Source: Salpingoeca rosetta
Taxonomy: Eukaryota; Protista; Choanoflagellata
Length of the DNA: 64,000 bases
Direction: 5' to 3'
NCBI GenBank assembly: GCA_033442325.1
Contig: JAWQFM010000029.1
Coordinates: 374,845-438,844, forward strand
The notes beneath the pieces are model-generated. The model was not told the DNA's origin, did not search any database, and saw only the letters and a program-made list of their open reading frames with translations. Below, piece after piece: positions 42,901-61,887 of the stretch (its first letter is position 1; each line of letters begins with the position of its first letter). Position numbers and translations under genes: made by a program.

Positions 42901-45900
42901 CCTGGTCTCCGACACGGTTGCGCTCTTCAGCCAGATGCTGCACCTCAACTACGCGGAGATGATGGCACAAGAGCAGCGCACGACCCTCGCCCAGCTGTGC
43001 CGAATGGTCACGCATGCAGCGATGACATTCTGCCCCATCTGCCTCGTCACTGCCGTGAACGTCAGCACAGAGTGCGGCCACAGATTCTGTCACCAGTGCA
43101 TTGTTGAATGGGCCCAGGCGAGGCGCACGTGCCCGTCGTGCCGCCGTGTCCTCAACGTGGCCAACCTCACGCCCATCGAGAGCGAAGAAGACGATGGTGG
43201 TGCTGGTATTGGTGGCCAAACGAGCAACCACTTCTGGCTGCCGCACGTTGGACACGCTGTCCACACGGCTGTGTTGCACTTTGCAGGCGGTCACCGTGAG
43301 GTGCACGAGCTATTCCAGCAAGCGCCTGGCCCCTTGTTTGAGGCACTGAGCGCGGTGATGTCTCACGACAACTTTGATGCAACGCAGAGCCCGCCCATGC
43401 TCGTGCTTGCCGTTGACGTGCTGGAGCGTTTTGTGGTCGAACGCGCCATCAACGGCTGCAGCCGCATCGCCATCTTGCACATGGAACACCACCTGCAGCC
43501 GTGCGTGAATGCGGTGCAGGAGGTGATGAGCAATGTTGGCGACGGTATCGGTGGTATCTCCCCGGCGCAGGCACGTGATGGCGTGGTTGGCATTGCTGTG
43601 CTGCGTACGTGCGTGCGTGTCATTGCGCGAGCCCTGTTGAACCACGACGTGGCCGATTTGGAGGCGCTGACTGACGTGCTTCCGGTGCTGTTTGGAGGAG
43701 ACGATGATGGTGACGGCTTTGCCAGCGGTGTCAACGACAGCATGAGCGTGATCCAGCGCATGCGCCTGTTCCTGCTGCAGCTGCTGAAGCAAGGCCGCAG
43801 CTTTGCCAAATTGCGCACTGTGCTGGTTGCCCTCATGGACTACCTGCCATGGGCAGGCTCACTGCAGTGGCCAGACCTCGACCAGCAGCCGGTGCCGTTC
43901 ATCCCGTTTTCCGTTGTCGACGCTGCCGAGGAGCGGCGGCAGTGGCGGCGCCTCCGCGCTGCTGCCACCCGTCCAGCACAGGCGGCTGCGTTTGAACTTG
44001 GGCCGCGGGCCATGGCCACCCTCATGATCCGCCTGCACATGCGGCAGTGCGACGCGGCCTTCCGCGACGCCGTCGTCGGCCAGCCCGCGCTCACCACGCA
44101 CGATGCAGCCGCGGAGATTGCTCCGCTGCTCACTGTCCTGCCGTCCGCGGACGTGTGGACGCGCGGTGCCCCTGATGGCTTCACGCCGGCTGAGCAGGAG
44201 GCGTTTGTGAGGCGAATGCAGCACACGCGTGTGCTGGTCCTGCGCCTGGCCTGTAACGTGCTTGATGCTTCGCTGGAGGGCCGCCGGGCCGGTTTCCTGG
44301 ACACGGTTGTGCGCTCGCCCGAGCAGTGCGCACAGATGTTCATCCCTGCCGCTGCAGATGACGACACGCTGGCTACCCTGTCTGCGGTGCAGGACAAGAC
44401 GCGCTTCTACCGCTGCCCGTGTGGCGAGCCGTACGTCGTGGGCAACTGCGGCCAGTTCAACGGGTCTGGGCGGTGCGCGCGCTGTGGACAAGCCATTGGG
44501 CGCGGGGCGCAGAACCAAGGCGCCGTGAACCAGCAAGGGCCCATGCAGCAGCAGCAGCGCGGATACGTGCCACTGCCGATGTTGGCCTTCCAGCGGGGAG
44601 CGCAGCCAACGCGCGGGCTTCCCCCACGTGCCGCTGCCGTGCTGGACCTGCTGGTGCATGCTGGGCTGCTGGCTGCTGCGGCGCAGGGCAAGGTGGATGC
44701 TGTGCGCGAGTTGGTGGGTACGAAACTGCCACACATCCCGGAGAACAGCAACACCGCGGACGTGTGCTATGCGCTGCTGCGCCGCCTGGTGTCCGTGTAC
44801 GAGCGACTGGAGACGACGGTGGCGGCGGACACGCGTGCGGTGAGCGGGCTGGTGCACGCCACGCTGAACCAAGTCATGGACGACGCGACGGCGCTGCTCT
44901 CTGCACCCATGGCCATTCATCACCAGCGCCAGACGTTTGAGGGCGCCTTTGCCGCGCGCGTTGAGGCCGTGATGGGTGAAGAACCGCAGCAGCGCGGCGC
45001 CGAGTTTGTGGACGCGTTGGACCGACACCGAGAAGCAGCGAGCAACGTCCTCACACGCCAAATCCTGGAGCACAGGGGTGCTGACGCTGGTGCTGGTGCT
45101 GGTGCTGGTGCTGGTGCTGGTGGTACTGAGGATGCAAGCGGTGGTGGCGCCGATGGTGGTGCCGATGGCAACGATGAGAATGATGATGAGAACGATGACG
45201 ATGAGGCTGAAGCGCATGATGATGGGGACGGCAACGATGGCGGTGTGTCGCAGGGCGCGTTTGCGTCGTGCTGGCGATTGGCGAACCATCCCGATGCGCG
45301 TGCGCTGATGCAGGCGTACTTCAACAACACGACAGCGCAGCAGCAGCACCCGCTCATTCACACCTGTACGCAGCAGCTGCACGTGCTGCCGCTGTGTTCT
45401 GCGATTGTGCCGCTGGTGGCGTGGTACACGCGCGTTCGCCTGCACTTCCAAGGCAAATTGGCGCGCGACAAGGTGCAGGGCGAGGGCGCCATGACCCACG
45501 CGCAAGCAGTTGCAGAGATGCAGGCCGCTGGCGTGGAGGATGCGCAGAGCCGCTTTGACGCGTTTATGGCGGCGTGGAACCGGATCGTTGCGCACCAGGC
45601 GCTGTTGTTTGAGGGCGAGACGATGACAGAGGACGGGTCTGTTGTGCGGGACGACGAGGCGCCCCACGGTCGGTTCGAATGCGAGCCACTGCAGCCCTTC
45701 CCGCCCATGTCGCCTGCAGCGCCACTGGCGTATTCGCTGCTCTCTGACCGGGGAGAGGGGTCCCGCCTCTACATCATGCTGCACCAGCTCACGCACGTGC
45801 AGAACCAGCACATGGACCGGGTGGTGAACCTGTGCGAGCCCGGTACTGCGGCGCACCGCGCTGTGCAGCAAGGGCCTGCTGGCCAGGTGCTGGTGCAGAG

Positions 45901-46882
45901 CGTGGACGTGACCAAGGCGAGGCCGCACCAGGTTGTCTCTGTGGTTGTGGACGACGGTGTGGTTGCGCACGCGTACGCGCACACGGCGCTGGGCCACGGA
46001 CGGCGCACGATTGTCAACTGGCAGGCCGTGGAGGACATGGTGCTGCAGCACACGTTTGTCGGCAAGGTGAAGTTTGAGCGTGTTGACCCGGCCAAGTGCG
46101 GGTTCCTGTTTGGGCAGGAGCAAGGCGTGCCCTTCCTTGAGCTGTGCGACCGGCTGTTCACGGCGCACAAGCAGTACTGCCGCGCCATCACCCCCGAGCG
46201 GGTGCGGGCCATGATTGAGTCGTCCAACTTCCAGCCGTCCATCCACGACCTGCGCAGCAAGCTGGAGGTGCTCATGTCGCAGCTCAACGACCACCTGCTT
46301 GGCATGGGCGGCGACGCGTCTGGCGTGGGCAACTTGCTGTGCAGGACGACGCTGGCCGAGTTTGTGCTGATGGCGCGGCCGGTGGATGCGACGTCGCTGG
46401 CGCTGCTGCAGTCGTGCGGGTGCCACGACCTGGCAGTTGGGCAGCTCTTTGCGCTCTTTGAGCTGGTGTACGAGCAACTCATCTTCCAGGAGTCGCGTGG
46501 GCACACGCCGCTGGAGGACGAGGCCGATGGCGCCATTGTTCGCGACCTGGGGGAGGCGCAGCGGGCCGAGCGGTTTGTTCCTGCCGCGGTTATGCACACG
46601 CTGCGCCGGTTCTACATCACCCACTACGCGCAGTACCAGCACATGGGTGACATGCCGCTTGCCGATTTCTGGGGCAGCCTGATTGAGGAGCCCGTGTTTG
46701 TCATGGACGACCTGGAGAACCCGCAGCAACAGCTGCAGCTGCCAGACTCGCTGCTCCTGCGTCACGTCGTGCCGCTCTACGTCTGGCTGAGCGCGTTGTC
46801 ATGTCATACTGGACCTTTCAAGGACAACCTCGTTACCCAAGGTGTAAAATCATCTCCTTGCTTACTTGTTTTGCGTGAGTAG
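28470..46882 (+). CDS. RNF213: Giant RNF213/mysterin-like AAA+ ATPase / E3 ubiquitin ligase (about 6,000 aa; apparent frameshifts at ~39035, ~41880 and ~42781, plus a gap)
   Basis: Exons 28470-29718, 29939-30000 and 30221-46882 join in phase. Walker motifs VVASEYAQQGKST, MGHAGCGKT/WIFLDEINT and LIGKPGNSKT/VVVLDEVGLAEYSRHNPLKVLH. Also VGISNWALDAAKMNR, FFGLRDFYS, LYDMLNQ..Y, DPPFLNRFEK (all RNF213-family signatures). RING CPICL..CGHRFCHQC..CPSCR (43031-43144). RZ finger YRCPCGEPYVVGNCG..CARCGQAIG (44408-44500). CTD-like end LRRF..PLADF..LPDSLLLRHV. The start codon is tentative. Confidence 0.92.
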
Positions 46883-47829
46883 CTCTGCCTAACCAACTCA
46901 TGTATTCTCGTACTTCTCGCACGTTGCAGTGTGTCCGGATGCCACTGTCGCGAATGGCTTTGGGTTACACACGTCTGGTACGTACTTCTCGCCTCAGCAA
47001 CTGTCTCAGGAGATCTGCCCGCTGTCACTGCGGGCGAGCGTGATCGGTCTTTGTTGTGATCGATCTGTTTTGCGTGCAAATACACCATTCATACTCATCA
47101 AAGCGTGCTTTGTGCATCCTCGCAGCACAAGGTACTGAAGGCTGCCCTCAGCACGGTGTGGAGAAACCAGAACACAGACCAAAGAGGCCTACACCAGGTA
47201 ATGATAAGGGGAGTGTAAAGATTGTCTGGACGAACACAATCATCGTCGTCTCACGCTGTTCCTTTTTGAATTTCCCAGTCACTGGTGTGCAGAAGGTGGA
47301 CGTAGATCCACAATTGCTTCACGAAGATTTGCAGCACTCTCGTGAGTGAATCGCTTCTGTGTGCTGTTGTCAAGGCACTACTTGCTTGAGTAGTTTCAAA
47401 AAGAAAAGTCGCCGCGTTTTGAATGCGAGATGCTTGCTTTTTCCTGTGGAATGCGTGCAAACATGAGCGTCATTAATAAGCTCATTCTTTCCACTGACGA
47501 TAGAATCTGCAACCCAAAAGCCGCTCGTATTCTTCCGCCATGCAACGCAGCCTCTACACGCGTCCTGTTCCGAAAGGCGAGCGCCACGTAAGTCCACTCA
47601 GCCTTTTCAATGGACGAGATTGACGCTGGCATCATGGGCTGACACGTTTCATGGCCGTTGTTTGATTGTGCTAGGATGCGACACAAAACCGGATCGACTT
47701 GAAGAATACATGGGTAAGTCGATTGCGTGTGAACTTCAAGGCTCACCCATGTCTTGGCACTTGAGTCATCGAACTTTTCTGCATCCCCCTCTCACTCATG
47801 TTGACTTGCTTGTCGTTCTCTTTCACAAG

Positions 47830-49008
47830 AACATTTCTGTAACCTCAACCTGGACCCCGCTCGCTTCGCTCGAAAGAAACGTGTGAGAGATGGCACTGGC
47901 AGTCCCATCAAGGGCACATTCAGCAAACTCTATCGCAGCACGTTTGCTGGCCACGACGTTGCGCTGAAGGAAGTGGACGACGTTGAGCATCGACCACGGT
48001 TGCGACAGGTGCTGTTGATGGCGACCACAATGACACCAACAGAAGCAATGACAGAATTGCCGCTGCAAGCAGGTGACAAGCGGGTTTTGCGAGAAGTGGC
48101 CGTGCTTGCTGCACTCCGTCATCCCAACATTGTCACTTTCATTGGCCTACTTCACGACAGCCAACACAGCACGCTCTCCTTCGTGCTGAGCTGGGCGGAG
48201 AACGGGTCCCTGTACGACTACATCCACGTGCACAAGAAAGAAATCAGCGACGTCGAAAAGCTGCGCATCTTGAACGAGGTAGCTGCTGCCATGGAGTTTC
48301 TGCACGCCCACGATGTCGTGCACCGCGACCTCAAGTCGCCCAACGTGCTGCTGGACGCATCGCTCTCCGCCAAGGTGGCAGACTTTGGCCTGAGCGCGTT
48401 CAGGCGTCCTGGGCAGTCGCAACTATCAAAAGTGATTGGCACTGAGCTGTGGGCGTCCCCAGAGCAGCTATTCGGGCACACACTTCGAGCAGACACGGAT
48501 GTTTTCTCGTTTGGATGCCTGGCATGGGAGTTATGGACGATGATTCGACCTTGGCACCATGTCACCGCTGATAACCCTGTAGCTCGAGTGGAGAAGCTGA
48601 AAGAATTCTACAGGAAGGCAGAGTACCTCCCACTTTGCGAAGAAGTCCAAGGGCGACGACTATCGGCAACGCTTCAGGAGTTGCTACGTGGCTGCTTTCA
48701 AATGAGTGGGAATCGTATTGACTTTTCTCAACTCCATGCCGCTCTGAAGGCACATTTCAAGGCAGCGACCGAACAGCAGGCTGAGGACGAGGATAAACAG
48801 AAACAGCTCATGGATCAGCAGCACTTGCTGTTACACGGACCACCAAATGCGGTGTGGAAGTTTCCACAGGAGCTGCTTGACGCGGTGGACGCAACGAAGC
48901 TGTCGACCCGCCAATCCGTCCGCATTGCACCACTGCAACTCGGCGATGATGCCGTCATCATTGAGGTGTGTGTGTGTGTGTATATATATATGTGTGTGTG
49001 TGTGTGTG

Positions 49009-49045
<37 letters not shown>

Positions 49046-50055
49046 CTTGGTTTTTCACTGCGCACTCCACGACCTGCACCTCAGCTTGTTGCTAGAATTG
49101 TGGTCTTCTTCCGTCTCACGTTCGAATCCAACACACACACACACACACACACACTCTCTCTCTCGTGTCCACCCTGCAGCTTGTTCATGCTGCTGGTGGC
49201 CGGACCGCCAAGCAGAATCCGCGCGAACCGTTTGGCTGCACGTTGTGCCGCGTCGCCATCACGTGGTGCGACCAGAAGCTCGTCGCCTTCAAAGGCGCCC
49301 TGGACCGCAACACTACCCGCTACCGTGGTCACCTCGCGAGCACCAGCCACCCGTTTGCACCTAAGTATGGCCACGACACCACCACGGGCCAGGCGACAGA
49401 TGCTGAGGATCACGCGCTATTGAAGCGCGTCACTCATGATGGCGTCTACAGAATGCTTGATCCATCCTTGCTGCAGCACAACCCACCCATTCGAATTCAG
49501 CGCGTGTTCCACGGTGTTAGGTCTTTAGACGCCGTTGTCGGCATCCTGGGTGGCGACTTTGTTCAGCTTCAGACAATGGACAGAGGATGGTACGGTGCCG
49601 GCTTCTACTTCACCCCAGATCTCGACTATGCCCTCGCCTACACCGGCAGTGGGTGTGGAGTCGAACCAGACAACAGCAATGTCCCGCCTGATCTGAGCTG
49701 CCTCAATCTTGAGCCAGGCAAATCCTATCGGATTGTGCTGGCGTGCGATGTCATGTATGGCAACCCGTATCCTGTGACACACGACAGCCTACATCCGGCA
49801 TTCTCGAAGAAAGCGAAAGAGAAGCCAGAAGAATTGCCGGCAGCGCGATGGATGACGTTTGCTGGCCAACCCCTCGTTCCCGGGCACGATGCTCATGTGA
49901 CCGTGGTCAACTTTACCAGCGGAGCTGTGAAAGAGGTCAAGGTGTTCAAGTCGCACACAGAGTGGGCTCAAAGTAACAACAAGACAGCTGCGGAGATTGT
50001 GGTGGCCGACCCATCGTGCGTTCTCGTCCGCGGATTGCTCGTGTTTGAGTGCTGA
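47830..50055 (+). CDS. TKL-type protein kinase fused to a PARP-like ADP-ribosyltransferase catalytic domain (exons 47830-48965 and 49180-50055; 5' end unresolved)
   Basis: Kinase motifs GTFSKLY, VALK, LREVAVLAALRHPNIV, HRDLKSPNVLL, DFGLS, GTELWASPE and DVFSFG. A phase-0 intron (GAG|gt...cag|CTT) joins it to RVFHG..., GWYGAGFYFTPDLDYALAY, VLACDVMYG, GHDAHV and AEIVVADPSCVL, which carry the PARP-family H-Y-E triad. Confidence 0.88.
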
Positions 50056-50245
50056 TGTACGCTGGATGCTGCGACTAGGACTGTGTTGCTCCTTTGCTCT
50101 TTGACGCTTTCAACTCCTCTGCCAACTTTTTCATGCCGTTCTGTGCCACTTCTTGTCTGGAGGGTTGCTTTCGCTTCCACGCCCGCCGCGGTGTTTGTCT
50201 GAAGGCGTGTCTCGTGTGTTGTGTGTTTGTGATTGTACCTGATGA

Positions 50246-50689
50246 ATGAAGCAAGCCCAAGCACTCGCAACACGTGTTGCTGTCGCATCTCGCGGCGTGT
50301 CGCCCTTACATACGGTGCATGTAACACCACCACCACCAGCAGCACCACCAGCAACAGCAGCAGCAGCAGACGCGCGCCAGCGAGGAGAAGAAGGCCGTGC
50401 CAGCCCGTCTAAACGCACACGTGTGTATGTGAAGCGGGATGACCTGTTGCGCACGCCCCTGAACGGCAACAAGGCCCGTAAGCTGGCATGGCTCACTGAA
50501 GAGGTATTCACCTTGCCATCGTCGTCACTGCCACACCTGGTGTCCTTTGGCGGCTACCGGTCCAACGTGCTGCCGGCCCTGTCAGCGCTGCACGCGCACT
50601 TCCATACCCCATGCCACTTCTGGACCAGCCAGCCCCCACCACACCTTGAACACGATGGTGCGATTCGTGTGGCTGTGTGTGTGTGTGTT

Positions 50690-50730
<41 letters not shown>

Positions 50731-50799
50731 GCGTGTTTGCGTGTGTGTGCGTTTGTGTGCATCTGTGTGTGTGTGTGCATCTGTGTGTGCATGTGTGCA

Positions 50800-50887
<88 letters not shown>

Positions 50888-52331
50888 CTGTGCATGCGTG
50901 TGCGTCATCTTGATCTCAACCCTTCCAACCATCCTCTTCCACCATGCCCACACACGCACGCGCACTCACGGTCCCTCCTTCCTTCCTTCCTTCCCCTTCT
51001 TGCCAGTCTGCACACCTGGCGTGCAGTTCCACCACCCTTCAAAGCGGTGCACTTGGGATGAACTGGAGCAGCTTGCCAAGAGCCATGCAGCCTCGATGCC
51101 GGACAACGCTGTCTTTGTCGCCGGTGGTGGCCACGATACGCGTGCGGAGCTTGGCTGTCGTCAACTTGCCCAAGAGCTCGCGCACCAACTGTCCAACCTC
51201 CCAGTCAAGTGAGTCAAGGTGTGTTTGTGTGTTGTGTGTTGCGTGTGTGTGTGCGTGTCTGTCTGTGTGTGTGTGTGTGTGTGTTGTGTGTGTGTGTGTC
51301 TGCATGTGTGTCTGTGTGTCTGCATCTCTGTCTGTGTGTGTCTGCATCTCTGTGTGTGTCTGTGTGCGTGTGTGTGTCAGCTTGTGTCTGTCTATCTGTC
51401 GACATGCAGTACACTTGCCCCATGCACCCTCTCGCTCATTGCCATGACGCCTTTTGATTGACACCTGCTGCCACACTTCCTCCTCAACACACCCTTGCAT
51501 CTCCACACTCGCCCCTCCCAACCAACCAACCAAAGGGCGGCCGTGGTGCTGTTCGCGTGCGGCAATGGCACGACATGGCACTACACGGGCCAGCACCTTC
51601 ATCGCCTGATGGCCACCAAGTTCCCCGTCGTATCTGCTGGCGTCCCCGTCGCCCTGAAACCGCACGACCTCATCGCCTCCGTCGCCGCTCTCGGGCCCAC
51701 CGCTGTACACGACGCTGGCAACAGCAGCAGTGGCACTGGCAACAATGGTGGTGGTGGTTATGCTGGTGGCGGCAACAGTGGCAGCAGTGGCAGCAGTGAT
51801 ATTGACAACTGCAGTAACAGTCACAGCGACGACATCTCATCGTGCATGATGAGCCCCCCTTCGCAGTCATCCATCCCCGTCCTCTCTCTGTCCAAAGACC
51901 CCGACGCATGTCGCGCCTGGCTGCGTGATGCCCTTTGGCCTCAGCACCACAAGCAAAGCGACGCGTCCCGCACACTACAGCCGCTTGAACCACTTGAACG
52001 GCTGCACCCCCTCACCGCCACGTCACAATCGCTATCGCACTGCGTGCTTGAGCCATCGCGGCGGTATCGGTTTGGAACGCCGCACCGCCGACTGTATGAG
52101 TTGTGGTCGCACTGGTCCCGCTGCCACCCCGACATCCCCATTGACCTCCTGTACATGCCGCCTGTGTTGGATGTCCTCTACGATCTGCTCCCACTCCTCC
52201 ATGCCGAGCACAACGACGACGACGACGACCAACCTGACGTCGACGCGGCTGTTGTTCTCTATCACTGCGGCGGCCTCGAAGGCGTGCCCTCTTTGCTCTC
52301 CCGCTACCACCACCGCTTCAAGCAGCGATAA
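50246..52331 (+). CDS. PLP-dependent ACC deaminase / D-cysteine desulfhydrase-like enzyme (3 exons)
   Basis: [18 protein letters not shown] (PLP lysine), [38 protein letters not shown] and YHCGGLEG are the family motifs, in the expected order. Confidence 0.85.
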
Positions 52332-52419
52332 CATACTGTGTGTGTGCGTGTGTGTGTGCGTGCGTGTGCATGCTTGTGTGTGTGCGTGTGTGCGTGTGTG
52401 CGTGCGTGTGTGTGTGTGT

Positions 52420-52460
<41 letters not shown>

Positions 52461-52467
52461 TGTGTGT

Positions 52468-52503
<36 letters not shown>

Positions 52504-52837
52504 CAGCAGTGCAACCAAACCACCCTTTCTTGCTTCATCTTCGATGTTGCCTTTGCTTGCTGTCACATCAGCGATTGCTGCAATCTGTGAGCTTTCGCCA
52601 TATCTTCCATTACATTTCGGTACTTTGACGCGCGATTCGCAGAAAGAGAAAAACGGTGGTGGGTGGTGTTGTGGAGATCAGGGTGGCAAGCGAGCAAGAC
52701 GAGCGAGCGAAGAAGAGCGAGCAACGGGATACCAAGACAACAACAACAAGGAGGAACAACAGGGAAGCAGGCCCCCGCGATCCACATTCACGCAGATCGA
52801 GGTGTTCAGCCACCACGACAACACCACACACACGGGG

Positions 52838-61455
<8,618 letters not shown>

Positions 61456-61887
61456 TGGACCCTCAATACCAAACAACAAACAGGCGTGCCTGCAAGCAAG
61501 CAAACGGGCCGTTGTATCCTATTCTCGAATGACAGACTTGTTTCGTTTCTACCTTCTTTGAAACGCGCCTTGCTTGCTTGCGTTCTGTTTGCGTTCTGCT
61601 TTCTTCGTGTGTGTATGGTTGATTCGCGCTTTTGCCAGGATAAACGTCATGTTTTGGGTTGTTGTGAAACAGTAATATGCCCGTTGGATGATTTGTATGG
61701 AGGGAGGAGAGGGCATGTGGGGTCGGGCAACAGCACGAAGGAGAGCAAAGCACGCACACGGATTGACATGGGAGGAATCAGGGCACAGATGAACGTCGCA
61801 TGTGGAATGCGACAAACTACGCGCAGAGTGCGGAGGTGGCTAGAAAGTGCACAAAGGAACACAACCACCAGACACAGCTCTTGCCGT

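Noticed and set aside
43859-46765. 968-aa minus-strand ORF (also 36767-38086, 34307-35416 and 38108-39196)
   Set aside because: Antisense shadows of the GC-rich, codon-biased RNF213-like ORF, with no recognisable motifs.
30059-46882. Four separate genes (3008, 1000, 340 and 1346 aa ORFs)
   Set aside because: RNF213 homology is collinear across them and each break is explained by a small indel or the gap.
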